A DNA stretch of 64,000 bases from Tubulanus polymorphus (Eukaryota > Animalia > Nemertea): positions 2,108,001 through 2,172,000 of the forward strand of contig NC_134025.1 in assembly GCF_964204645.1 (NCBI RefSeq), given 5' to 3'. The position numbers were made by a program, and so were the translations under genes. This document shows, piece after piece, positions 26,801 through 41,800 of the stretch (positions are counted from its first letter, which is position 1; every line of letters starts with the position of its first letter). The notes under the pieces were generated by a model that saw nothing but the letters and a program-made list of their open reading frames with translations, was not told the origin of the DNA and did no database searches.

Positions 26801-29800
26801 TAATTGATATGAAATGAAATATTTTATAGACGGATGTGACAAATCCATCATCTGTTCCGAACAATGGAAAAGTTGAACCAGAGGATACTGTGCATTTGAA
26901 AGAAAATAAATTTGCCGCTAAAATCAAAGTGAAAGTTAAAAGAGCAAGTGGGTCAAATGACCCCATTGAAATACAATTGAGCATCAAAGCATGTTTCAAA
27001 CCAGGTAATTTTTCAGAAAAAAAACCAAAAGTAAAACTAATTCACATAATGAAACATACTGCATTCGACTGATTAATTCACATTTATTGATATATGTGTA
27101 TATTCGGGTGATACAGGGTGTTTTTTAAAAGTTCATAAAAACCATTTTGCATTCTTTAGTATAATTAGCGAACAAAAGGATTCCTACGAATTCATTGTTT
27201 CAGCTCACGGAGAAAACAAAATGACACATTTAGCATATGATTTTGTTAAGATAATAGTGTACGAAATTATTCTTTCGTGATACGATACACACACATTTTT
27301 TTTCATGCCAAAATATAGCTTTTGATGATAAGTGTGTTATTTTCTTTTGGGATTTGACCTTCAAACTCCGTTAATAAGCATGCGTTATCTTATACTTTGC
27401 ATATACAAAGGTCTAAAAACGGCGAATTTGTGTTAGTTGAAATTTCTCTGTATAAAGTATAAAGAAAATGAGTTATGCATTGTTTATAAAACAGGTTTTG
27501 TTTGTCTCACTTTACTTACGATGTTTTTCAAGTTTTCTTTGTCTGTCATCTATTTTTTCTTATTGTTCTTTTTAGGACAAACGCCCGGAACTACCGTTCC
27601 ATCGACAACACCGGCTCCATGTGTTAAAAGAGACGGAATGAAAGACCCTCTGGTCATCTCAGCTGAAAGTATCTCAGCGACACCTCCACTCGAGAATTCT
27701 GATGATGCCAATAAATTAAGACCAGGTGGTGCACTTTATTTACAAGTAGCAGCAAATCAAGTTGAATTGATCGTCGATCTAGACGATGATGGAGTTGAGC
27801 TCGGAGAAGTTTCCATTGATTCACCAAACATCAACAATATCGACTATTTCGTAGTTTCCGTCAAGTCAACCGTAAACTCACCCTCATACGATAAAATAAC
27901 CAAGGTATATCATAACATCGATCGTTGTACATCTTAATGTTTATTCATAAAACTGGATTGTTATGCTCATAATATCGATCATAACATCTAATTGATATGA
28001 AATGAAATATTTTATAGACGGATGTGACAAATCCATCATCTGTTCCGAACAATGGAAAAGTTGAACCAGAGGATACTGTGCATTTGAAAGAAAATAAATT
28101 TGCCGCTAAAATCAAAGTGAAAGTTAAAAGAGCAAGTGGGTCAAATGACCCCATTGAAATACAATTGAGCATCAAAGCATGTTTCAAACCAGGTAATTTT
28201 TCAGAAAAAAAACCAAAAGTAAAACTAATTCACATAATGAAACATACTGCATTCGACTGATTAATTCACATTTATTGATATATGTGTATATTCGGGTGAT
28301 ACAGGGTGTTTTTTAAAAGTTCATAAAAACCATTTTGCATTCTTTAGTATAATTAGCGAACAAAAGGATTCCTACGAATTCATTGTTTCAGCTCACGGAG
28401 AAAACAAAATGACACATTTAGCGTATGATTTTGTTAAGATAATAGTGTACGAAATTATTCTTTCGTGATACGATACACACACATTTTTTTTCATGCCAAA
28501 ATATAGCTTTTGATGATAAGTGTGTTATTTTCTTTTGGGATTTGACCTTCAAACTCCGTTAATAAGCATGCGTTATCTTATACTTTGCATATACAAAGGT
28601 CTAAAAACGGCGAATTTGTGTTAGTTGAAATTTCTCTGTATAAAGTATAAAGAAAATGAGTTATGCATTGTTTATAAAACAGGTTTTGTTTGTCTCACTT
28701 TACTTACGATGTTTTTCAAGTTTTCTTTGTCTGTCATCTATTTTTTCTTATTGTTCTTTTTAGGACAAACGCCCGGAACTACCGTTCCATCGACAACACC
28801 GGCTCCATGTGTTAAAAGAGACGGAATGAAAGACCCTCTGGTCATCTCAGCTGAAAGTATCTCAGCGACACCTCCACTCGAGAATTCTGATGATGCCAAT
28901 AAATTAAGACCAGGTGGTGCACTTTATTTACAAGTAGCAGCAAATCAAGTTGAATTGATCGTCGATCTAGACGATGATGGAGTTGAGCTCGGAGAAGTTT
29001 CCATTGATTCACCAAACATCAACAATATCGACTATTTCGTAGTTTCCGTCAAGTCAACCGTAAACTCACCCTCATACGATAAAATAACCAAGGTATATCA
29101 TAACATCGATCGTTGTACATCTTAATGTTTATTCATAAAACTGGATTGTTATGCTCATAATATCGATCATAACATCTAATTGATATGAAATGAAATATTT
29201 TATAGACGGATGTGACAAATCCATCATCTGTTCCGAACAATGGAAAAGTTGAACCAGAGGATACTGTGCATTTGAAAGAAAATAAATTTGCCGCTAAAAT
29301 CAAAGTGAAAGTTAAAAGAGCAAGTGGGTCAAATGACCCCATTGAAATACAATTGAGCATCAAAGCATGTTTCAAACCAGGTAATTTTTCAGAAAAAAAA
29401 CCAAAAGTAAAACTAATTCACATAATGAAACATACTGCATTCGACTGATTAATTCACATTTATTGATATATGTGTATATTCGGGTGATACAGGGTGTTTT
29501 TTAAAAGTTCATAAAAACCAATTAGCATTCTTTAGTATAATTAGCGAACAAAATGATTCCTACGAATTCATTGTTTCAGCTCACGGAGAAAACAAAATGA
29601 CACATTTAGCATATGATTTTGTTAAGATAATAGTGTACGAAATTATTCTTTCGTGATACGATACACACACATTTTTTTTCATGCCAAAATATAGCTTTTG
29701 ATGATAAGTGTGTTATTTTCTTTTGGGATTTGACCTTCAAACTCCGTTAATAAGCATGCGTTATCTTATACTTTGCATATACAAAGGTCTAAAAACGGCG

Positions 29801-32800
29801 AATTTGTGTTAGTTGAAATTTCTCTGTATAAAGTATAAAGAAAATGAGTTATGCATTGTTTATAAAACAGGTTTTGTTTATCTCACTTTACTTACGATGT
29901 TTTTCAAGTTTTCTTTGTCTGTCATCTATTTTTTCTTATTGTTCTTTTTAGGACAAACGCCCGGAACTACCGTTCCATCGACAACACCGGCTCCATGTGT
30001 TAAAAGAGACGGAATGAAAGACCCTCTGGTCATCTCAGCTGAAAGTATCTCAGCGAAACCTCCACTCGAGAATTCTGATGATGCCAATAAATTAAGACCA
30101 GGTGGTGCACTTTATTTACAAGTAGCAGCAAATCAAGTTGAATTGATCGTCGATCTAGACGATGATGGAGTTGAGCTCGGAGAAGTTTCCATCAATTCAC
30201 CAAACATCAACAATATCGACTATTTCGTTGTTTCCGTCAAGTCAACCGTAAACTCACCCTCATACGATAAAATAACCAAGGTATATCATAACATCGATCG
30301 TTGTACATCTAAATGTTTATTCATAAAACTGGTTTGTTATGCTCATAATATCGATCATAACATCTAATTGATATGAAATGAAATATTTTATAGACGGATG
30401 TGACAAATCCATCATCTGTTCCGAACAATGGAAAAGTTGAACCAGAGGATACTGTGCATTTGAAAGAAAATAAATTAGCCGCTAAAATCAAAGTGAAAGT
30501 TAAAAGAGCAAGTGGGTCAAATGACCCCATTGAAATACAATTGAGCATCAAAGCATGTTTCAAACCAGGTAATTTTTCAGAAAAAAAACCAAGAGTAAAA
30601 CTAATTCACATAATGAAACATACTGCATTCGACTGATTAATTCACATTTATTGATATATGTGTATATTCGGGTGATACAGAATGTTTTTTAAAAGTTCAT
30701 AAAAACCATTTTGCATTCTTTAGTATAATTAGCGAACAAAAGGATTCCTACGAATTCATTGTTTCAGCTCACGGAAAAAACAAAATGACACATTTAGCAT
30801 ATGATTTTGTTAAGATAATAGTGTACGAAATTATTCTTTCGTGATACGATACACACACATTTTTTTTCATGCCAAAATATAGCTTTTGATGATAAGTGTG
30901 TTATTTTCTTTTGGGATTTGACCTTCAAACTCCGTTAATAAGCATGCGTTATCGTATACTTTGCATATACAAAGGTCTAAAAACGGCGAATTTGTGTTAG
31001 TTGAAATTTCTCTGTATAAAGTATAAAGAAAATGAGTTATGCATTGTTTATAAAACAGGTTTTGTTTATCTCACTTTACTTACGATGTTTTTCAAGTTTT
31101 CTTTGTCTGTCATCTATTTTTTCTTATTGTTCTTTTTAGGACAAACGCCCGGAACTACCGTTCCATCGACAACACCGGCTCCATGTGTTAAAAGAGACGG
31201 AATGAAAGACCCTCTGGTCATCTCAGCTGAAAGTATCTCAGCGACACCTCCACTCGAGAATTCTGATGATGCCAATAAATTAAGACCAGGTGGTGCACTT
31301 TATTTACAAGTAGCAGCAAATCAAGTTGAATTGATCGTCGATCTAGACGATGATGGAGTTGAGCTCGGAGAAGTTTCCATCGATTCACCAAACATCAACA
31401 ATATCGACTATTTCGTAGTTTCCGTCAAGTCAACCGTAAACTCACCCTCATACGATAAAATAACCAAGGTATATCATAACATCGATCGTTGTACATCTTA
31501 ATGTTTATTCATAAAACTGGATTGTTATGCTCATAATATCGATCATAACATCTAATTGATATGAAATGAAATATTTTATAGACGGATGTGACAAATCCAT
31601 CATCTGTTCCGAACAATGGAAAAGTTGAACCAGAGGATACTGTGCATTTGAAAGAAAATAAATTTGCCGCTAAAATCAAAGTGAAAGTTAAAAGAGCAAG
31701 TGGGTCAAATGACCCCATTGAAATACAATTGAGCATCAAAGCATGTTTCAAACCAGGTAATTTTTCAGAAAAAAAAACCAAAAGTAAAACTAATTCACAT
31801 AATGAAACATACTGCATTCGACTGATTAATTCACATTTATTGATATATGTGTATATTCGGGTGATACAGGGTGTTTTTTAAAAGTTCGTTAAAAACCATT
31901 TTGCATTCTTTAGTATAATTAGCGAACAAAATGATTCCTACGAATTCATTGTTTCAGCTCACGGAGAAAACAAAATGACACATTTAGCATATGATTTTGT
32001 TAAGATAATAGTGTACGAAATTATTCTTTCGTGATACGATACACACACATTTTTTTTCATGCCAAAATATAGCTTTTGATGATAAGTGTGTTATTTTCTT
32101 TTGGGATTTGACCTTCAAACTCCGTAAATAAGCATGCGTTATCTTATACTTTGCATATACAAAGGTCTAAAAACGGCGAATTTGTGTTAGTTGAAATTTC
32201 TCTGTATAAAGTATAAAGAAAATGAGTTATGCATTGTTTATAAAACAGGTTTTGTTTATCTCACTTTACTTACGATGTTTTTCAAGTTTTCTTTGTCTGT
32301 CATCTATTTTTTCTTATTGTTCTTTTTAGGACAAACGCCCGGAACTTCCGTTCCATCGACAACACCGGCTCCATGTGTTAAAAGAGACGGAATGAAAGAC
32401 CCTCTGGTCATCTCAGCTGAAAGTATCTCAGCGACACCTCCACTCGAGAATTCTGATGATGCCAATAAATTAAGACCAGGTGGTGCACTTTATTTACAAG
32501 TAGCAGCAAATCAAGTTGAATTGATCGTCGATCTAGACGATGATGGAGTTGAGCTCGGAGAAGTTTCCATTGATTCACCAAACATCAACAATATCGACTA
32601 TTTCGTTGTTTCCGTCAAGTCAACCGTAAACTCACCCTCATACGATAAAATAACCAAGGTATATCATAACATCGATCGTTGTACATCTTAATGTTTATTC
32701 ATAAAACTGGATTGTTATGCTCATAATATCGATCATAATATCTAATTGATATGAAATGAAATATTTTATAGACGGATGTGACAAATCCATCATCGGTTCC

Positions 32801-35800
32801 GAACAATGGAAAAGTTGAACCAGAGGATACTGTGCATTTGAAAGAAAATAAATTTGCCGCTAAAATCAAAGTGAAAGTTAAAAGAGCAAGTGGGTCAAAT
32901 GACCCCATTGAAATACAATTGAGCATCAAAGCATGTTTCAAACCAGGTAATTTTTCAGAAAAAAAACCAAAAGTAAAACTAATTCACATAATGAAACATA
33001 CTGCATTCGACTGATTAATTCACATTTATTGATATATGTGTATATTCGGGTGATACAGGGTGTTTTTTAAAAGTTCATAAAAACCATTTTGCATTCTTTA
33101 GTATAATTAGCGAACAAAAGGATTCCTACGAATTCATTGTTTCAGCTCACGGAGAAAACAAAATGACACATTTAGCGTATGATTTTGTTAAGATAATAGT
33201 GTACGAAATTATTCTTTCGTGATACGATACACACACATTTTTTTTCATGCCAAAATATAGCTTTTGATGATAAGTGTGTTATTTTCTTTTGGGATTTGAC
33301 CTTCAAACTCCGTTAATAAGCATGCGTTATCGTATACTTTGCATATACAAAGGTCTAAAAACGGCGAATTTGTGTTAGTTGAAATTTCTCTGTATAAAGT
33401 ATAAAGAAAATGAGTTATGCATTGTTTATAAAACAGGTTTTGTTTATCTCACTTTACTTACGATGTTTTTCAAGTTTTCTTTGTCTGTCATCTATTTTTT
33501 CTTATTGTTCTTTTTAGGACAAACGCCCGGAACTACCGTTCCATCGACAACACCGGCTCCATGTGTTAAAAGAGACGGAATGAAAGACCCTCTGGTCATC
33601 TCAGCTGAAAGTATCTCAGCGACACCTCCACTCGAGAATTCTGATGATGCCAATAAATTAAGACCAGGTGGTGCACTTTATTTACAAGTAGCAGCAAATC
33701 AAGTTGAATTGATCGTCGATCTAGACGATGATGGAGTTGAGCTCGGAGAAGTTTCCATTGATTCACCAAACATCAACAATATCGACTATTTCGTTGTTTC
33801 CGTCAAGTCAACCGTAAACTCACCCTCATACGATAAAATAACCAAGGTATATCATAACATCGATCGTTGTACATCTTAATGTTTATTCATAAAACTGGAT
33901 TGTTATGCTCATAATATCGATCATAACATCTAATTGATATGAAATGAAATATTTTATAGACGGATGTGACAAATCCATCATCTGTTCCGAAAAATGGAAA
34001 AGTTGAACCAGAGGATACTGTGCATTTGAAAGAAAATAAATTTGCCGCTAAAATCAAAGTGAAAGTTAAAAGAGCAAGTGGGTCAAATGACCCCATTGAA
34101 ATACAATTGAGCATCAAAGCATGTTTCAAACCAGGTAATTTTTCAGAAAAAAAACCAAAAGTAAAACTAATTCACATAATGAAACATACTGCATTCGACT
34201 GATTAATTCACATTTATTGATATATGTGTATATTCGGGTGATACAGGGTGTTTTTTAAAAGTTCATAAAAACCAATTAGCATTCTTTAGTATAATTAGCG
34301 AACAAAATGATTCCTACGAATTCATTGTTTCAGCTCACGGAGAAAACAAAATGACACATTTAGCATATGATTTTGTTAAGATAATAGTGTACGAAATTTT
34401 TCTTTCGTGATACGATACACACACATTTTTTTTCATGCCAAAATATAGCTTTTGATGATAAGTGTGTTATTTTCTTTTGGGATTTGACCTTCAAACTCCG
34501 TTAATAAGCATGCGTTATCTTATACTTTGCATATACAAAGGTCTAAAAACGGCGAATTTGTGTTAGTTGAAATTTCTCTGTATAAAGTATAAAGAAAATG
34601 AGTTATGCATTGTTTATAAAACAGGTTTTGTTTGTCTCACTTTACTTACGATGTTTTTCAAGTTTTCTTTGTCTGTCATCTATTTTTTCTTATTGTTCTT
34701 TTTAGGACAAACGCCCGGAACTACCGTTCCATCGACAACACCGGCTCCATGTGTTAAAAGAGACGGAATGAAAGACCCTCTGGTCATCTCAGCTGAAAGT
34801 ATCTCAGCGACACCTCCACTCGAGAATTCTGATGATGCCAATAAATTAAGACCAGGTGGTGCACTTTATTTACAAGTAGCAGCAAATCAAGTTGAATTGA
34901 TTGTCGATCTAGACGATGATGGAGTTGAGCTCGGAGCAGTTTCCATCAATTCACCAAACATCAACAATATCGACTATTTCGTAGTTTCCGTCAAGTCAAC
35001 CGTAAACTCACCCTCATACGATAAAATAACCAAGGTATATCATAACATCGATCGTTGTACATCTTAATGTTTATTCATAAAACTGGATTGTTATGCTCAT
35101 AATATCGATCATAACATCTAATTGATATGAAATGAAATATTTTATAGACGGATGTGACAAATCCATCATCTGTTCCGAAAAATGGAAAAGTTGAACCAGA
35201 GGATACTGTGCATTTGAAAGAAAATAAATTTGCCGCTAAAATCAAAGTGAAAGTTAAAAGAGCAAGTGGGTCAAATGACCCCATTGAAATACAATTGAGC
35301 ATCAAAGCATGTTTCAAACCAGGTAATTTTTCAGAAAAAAAACCAAAAGTAAAACTAATTCACATAATGAAACATACTGCATTCGACTGATTAATTCACA
35401 TTTATTGATATATGTGTATATTCGGGTGATACAGGGTGTTTTTTAAAAGTTCATAAAAACCATTTTGCATTCTTTAGTATAATTAGCGAACAAAAGGATT
35501 CCTACGAATTCATTGTTTCGGCTCACGGAGAAAACAAAATGACACATTTAGCATATGATTTTGTTAAGATAATAGTGTACGAAATTATTCTTTCGTGATA
35601 CGATACACACACATTTTTTTTCATGCCAAAATATAGCTTTTGATGATAAGTGTGTTATTTTCTATTGGGATTTGACCTTCAAACTCCGTTAATAAGCATG
35701 CGTTATCGTATACTTTGCATATACAAAGGTCTAAAAACGGCGAATTTGTGTTAGTTGAAATTTCTCTGTATAAAGTATAAAGAAAATGAGTTATGCATTG

Positions 35801-38800
35801 TTTATAAAACAGGTTTTGTTTGTCTCACTTTACTTACGATGTTTTTCAAGTTTTCTTTGTCTGTCATCTATTTTTTCTTATTGTTCTTTTTAGGACAAAC
35901 GCCCGGAACTACCGTTCCATCGACAACACCGGCTCCATGTGTTAAAAGAGACGGAATGAAAGACCCTCTGGTCATCTCAGCTGAAAGTATCTCAGCGAAA
36001 CCTCCACTCGAGAATTCTGATGATGCCAATAAATTAAGACCAGGTGGTGCACTTTATTTACAAGTAGCAGCAAATCAAGTTGAATTGATTGTCGATCTAG
36101 ACGATGATGGAGTTGAGCTCGGAGCAGTTTCCATCGATTCACCAAACATCAACAATATCGACTATTTCGTAGTTTCCGTCAAGTCAACCGTAAACTCACC
36201 CTCATACGATAAAATAACCAAGGTATATCATAACATCGATCGTTGTACATCTTAATGTTTATTCATAAAACTGGATTGTTATGCTCATAATATCGATCAT
36301 AACATCTAATTGATATGAAATGAAATATTTTATAGACGGATGTGACAAATCCATCATCTGTTCCGAAAAATGGAAAAGTTGAACCAGAGGATACTGTGCA
36401 TTTGAAAGAAAATAAATTTGCCGCTAAAATCAAAGTGAAAGTTAAAAGAGCAAGTGGGTCAAATGACCCCATTGAAATACAATTGAGCATCAAAGCATGT
36501 TTCAAACCAGGTAATTTTTCAGAAAAAAAACCAAAAGTAAAACTAATTCACATAATGAAACATACTGCATTCGACTGATTAATTCACATTTATTGATATA
36601 TGTGTATATTCGGGTGATACAGGGTGTTTTTTAAAAGTTCATAAAAACCATTTTGCATTCTTTAGTATAATTAGCGAACAAAATGATTCCTACGAATTCA
36701 TTGTTTCAGCTCACGGAGAAAACAAAATGACACATTTAGCATATGATTTTGTTAAGATAATAGTGTACGAAATTATTCTTTCGTGATACGATACACACAC
36801 ATTTTTTTTTCATGCCAAAATATAGCTTTTGATGATAAGTGTGTTATTTTCTATTGGGATTTGACCTTCAAACTCCGTTAATAAGCATGCGTTATCGTAT
36901 ACTTTGCATATACAAAGGTCTAAAAACGGCGAATTTGTGTTAGTTGAAATTTCTCTGTATAAAGTATAAAGAAAATGAGTTATGCATTGTTTATAAAACA
37001 GGTTTTGTTTGTCTCACTTTACTTACGATGTTTTTCAAGTTTTCTTTGTCTGTCATCTATTTTTTCTTATTGTTCTTTTTAGGACAAACGCCCGGAACTA
37101 CCGTTCCATCGACAACACCGGCTCCATGTGTTAAAAGAGACGGAATGAAAGACCCTCTGGTCATCTCAGCTGAAAGTATCTCAGCGAAACCTCCACTCGA
37201 GAATTCTGATGATGCCAATAAATTAAGACCAGGTGGTGCACTTTATTTACAAGTAGCAGCAAATCAAGTTGAATTGATTGTCGATCTAGACGATGATGGA
37301 GTTGAGCTCGGAGCAGTTTCCATCAATTCACCAAACATCAACAATATCGACTATTTCGTAGTTTCCGTCAAGTCAACCGTAAACTCACCCTCATACGATA
37401 AAATAACCAAGGTATATCATAACATCGATCGTTGTACATCTTAATGTTTATTCATAAAACTGGATTGTTATGCTCATAATATCGATCATAACATCTAATT
37501 GATATGAAATGAAATATTTTATAGACGGATGTGACAAATCCATCATCTGTTCCGAAAAATGGAAAAGTTGAACCAGAGGATACTGTGCATTTGAAAGAAA
37601 ATAAATTTGCCGCTAAAATCAAAGTGAAAGTTAAAAGAGCAAGTGGGTCAAATGACCCCATTGAAATACAATTGAGCATCAAAGCATGTTTCAAACCAGG
37701 TAATTTTTCAGAAAAAAAAACAAAAGTAAAACTAATTCACATAATGAAACATACTGCATTCGACTGATTAATTCACATTTATTGACATATGTGTATATTC
37801 GGGTGATACAGGGTGCTTTTTAAAAGTTCATAAAAACCATTTTGCATTCTTTAGTATAATTAGCGAACAAAAGGATTCCTACGAATTCATTGTTTCGGCT
37901 CACGGAGAAAACAAAATGACACATTTAGCATATGATTTTGTTAAGATAATAGTGTACGAAATTATTCTTTCGTGATACGATACACACACATTTTTTTTCA
38001 TGCCAAAATATAGCTTTTGATGATAAGTGTGTTATTTTCTATTGGGATTTGACCTTCAAACTCCGTTAATAAGCATGCGTTATCGTATACTTTGCATATA
38101 CAAAGGTCTAAAAACGGCGAATTTGTGTTAGTTGAAATTTCTCTATATAAAGTATAAAGAAAATGAGTTATGCATTGTTTATAAAACAGGTTTTGTTTGT
38201 CTCACTTTACTTACGATGTTTTTCAAGTTTTCTTTGTCTGTCATCTATTTTTTCTTATTGTTCTTTTTAGGACAAACGCCCGGAACTACCGTTCCATCGA
38301 CAACACCGGCTCCATGTGTTAAAAGAGACGGAATGAAAGACCCTCTGGTCATCTCAGCTGAAAGTATCTCAGCGAAACCTCCACTCGAGAATTCTGATGA
38401 TGCCAATAAATTAAGACCAGGTGGTGCACTTTATTTACAAGTAGCAGCAAATCAAGTTGAATTGATTGTCGATCTAGACGATGATGGAGTTGAGCTCGGA
38501 GCAGTTTCCATCAATTCACCAAACATCAACAATATCGACTATTTCGTAGTTTCCGTCAAGTCAACCGTAAACTCACCCTCATACGATAAAATAACCAAGG
38601 TATATCATAACATCGATCGTTGTACATCTTAATGTTTATTCATAAAACTGGATTGTTATGCTCATAATATCGATCATAACATCTAATTGATATGAAATGA
38701 AATATTTTATAGACGGATGTGACAAATCCATCATCTGTTCCGAAAAATGGAAAAGTTGAACCAGAGGATACTGTGCATTTGAAAGAAAATAAATTTGCCG

Positions 38801-41800
38801 CTAAAATCAAAGTGAAAGTTAAAAGAGCAAGTGGGTCAAATGACCCCATTGAAATACAATTGAGCATCAAAGCATGTTTCAAACCAGGTAATTTTTCAGA
38901 AAAAAAACCAAAAGTAAAACTAATTCACATAATGAAACATACTGCATTCGACTGATTAATTCACATTTATTGATATATGTGTATATTCGGGTGATACAGG
39001 GTGTTTTTTAAAAGTTCATAAAAACCATGTGTTAAAAGAGACGGAATGAAAGACCCTCTGGTCATCTCATTGTTAAGATAATAGTGTACGAAATTATTCT
39101 TTCGTGATACGATACACACACATTTTTTTTCATGCCAAAATATAGCTTTTGATGATAAGTGTGTTATTTTCTATTGGGATTTGACCTTCAAACTCCGTTA
39201 ATAAGCATGCGTTATCGTATACTTTGCATATACAAAGGTCTAAAAACGGCGAATTTGTGTTAGTTGAAATTTCTCTGTATAAAGTATAAAGAAAATGAGT
39301 TATGCATTGTTTATAAAACAGGTTTTGTTTGTCTCACTTTACTTACGATGTTTTTCAAGTTTTCTTTGTCTGTCATCTATTTTTTCTTATTGTTCTTTTT
39401 AGGACAAACGCCCGGAACTACCGTTCCATCGACAACACCGGCTCCATGTGTTAAAAGAGACGGAATGAAAGACCCTCTGGTCATCTCAGCTGAAAGTATC
39501 TCAGCGAAACCTCCACTCGAGAATTCTGATGATGCCAATAAATTAAGACCAGGTGGTGCACTTTATTTACAAGTAGCAGCAAATCAAGTTGAATTGATTG
39601 TCGATCTAGACGATGATGGAGTTGAGCTCGGAGCAGTTTCCATCAATTCACCAAACATCAACAATATCGACTATTTCGTAGTTTCCGTCAAGTCAACCGT
39701 AAACTCACCCTCATACGATAAAATAACCAAGGTATATCATAACATCGATCGTTGTACATCTTAATGTTTATTCATAAAACTGGATTGTTATGCTCATAAT
39801 ATCGATCATAACATCTAATTGATATGAAATGAAATATTTTATAGACGGATGTGACAAATCCATCATCTGTTCCGAAAAATGGAAAAGTTGAACCAGAGGA
39901 TACTGTGCATTTGAAAGAAAATAAATTTGCCGCTAAAATCAAAGTGAAAGTTAAAAGAGCAAGTGGGTCAAATGACCCCATTGAAATACAATTGAGCATC
40001 AAAGCATGTTTCAAACCAGGTAATTTTTCAGAAAAAAAACCAAAAGTAAAACTAATTCACATAATGAAACATACTGCATTCGACTGATTAATTCACATTT
40101 ATTGACATATGTGTATATTCGGGTGATACAGGGTGCTTTTTAAAAGTTCATAAAAACCATTTTGCATTCTTTAGTATAATTAGCGAACAAAAGGATTCCT
40201 ACGAATTCATTGTTTCAGCTCACGGAGAAAACAAAATGACACATTTAGCATATGATTTTGTTAAGATAATAGTGTACGAAATTATTCTTTCGTGATACGA
40301 TACACACACATTTTTTTTCATGCCAAAATATAGCTTTTGATGATAAGTGTGTTATTTTCTATTGGGATTTGACCTTCAAACTCCGTTAATAAGCATGCGT
40401 TATCGTATACTTTGCATATACAAAGGTCTAAAAACGGCGAATTTGTGTTAGTTGAAATTTCTCTGTATAAAGTATAAAGAAAATGAGTTATGCATTGTTT
40501 ATAAAACAGGTTTTGTTTGTCTCACTTTACTTACGATGTTTTTCAAGTTTTCTTTGTCTGTCATCTATTTTTTCTTATTGTTCTTTTTAGGACAAACGCC
40601 CGGAACTACCGTTCCATCGACAACACCGGCTCCATGTGTTAAAAGAGACGGAATGAAAGACCCTCTGGTCATCTCAGCTGAAAGTATCTCAGCGAAACCT
40701 CCACTCGAGAATTCTGATGATGCCAATAAATTAAGACCAGGTGGTGCACTTTATTTACAAGTAGCAGCAAATCAAGTTGAATTGATTGTCGATCTAGACG
40801 ATGATGGAGTTGAGCTCGGAGCAGTTTCCATCAATTCACCAAACATCAACAATATCGACTATTTCGTAGTTTCCGTCAAGTCAACCGTAAACTCACCCTC
40901 ATACGATAAAATAACCAAGGTATATCATAACATCGATCGTTGTACATCTTAATGTTTATTCATAAAACTGGATTGTTATGCTCATAATATCGATCATAAC
41001 ATCTAATTGATATGAAATGAAATATTTTATAGACGGATGTGACAAATCCATCATCTGTTCCGAAAAATGGAAAAGTTGAACCAGAGGATACTGTGCATTT
41101 GAAAGAAAATAAATTTGCCGCTAAAATCAAAGTGAAAGTTAAAAGAGCAAGTGGGTCAAATGACCCCATTGAAATACAATTGAGCATCAAAGCATGTTTC
41201 AAACCAGGTAATTTTTCAGAAAAAAAACCAAAAGTAAAACTAATTCACATAATGAAACATACTGCATTCGACTGATTAATTCACATTTATTGACATATGT
41301 GTATATTCGGGTGATACAGGGTGCTTTTTAAAAGTTCATAAAAACCATTTTGCATTCTTTAGTATAATTACCGAACAAAAGGATTCCTACGAATTCATTG
41401 TTTCAGCTCACGGAGAAAACAAAATGACACATTTAGCATATGATTTTGTTAAGATAATAGTGTACGAAATTATTCTTTCGTGATACGATACACACACATT
41501 TTTTTTCATGCCAAAATATAGCTTTTGATGATAAGTGTGTTATTTTCTATTGGGATTTGACCTTCAAACTCCGTTAATAAGCATGCGTTATCTTATACTT
41601 TGCATATACAAAGGTCTAAAAACGGCGAATTTGTGTTAGTTGAAATTTCTCTGTATAAAGTATAAAGAAAATGAGTTATGCATTGTTTATAAAACAGGTT
41701 TTGTTTGTCTCACTTTACTTACGATGTTTTTCAAGTTTTCTTTGTCTGTCATCTATTTTTTCTTATTGTTCTTTTTAGGACAAACGCCCGGAACTACCGT

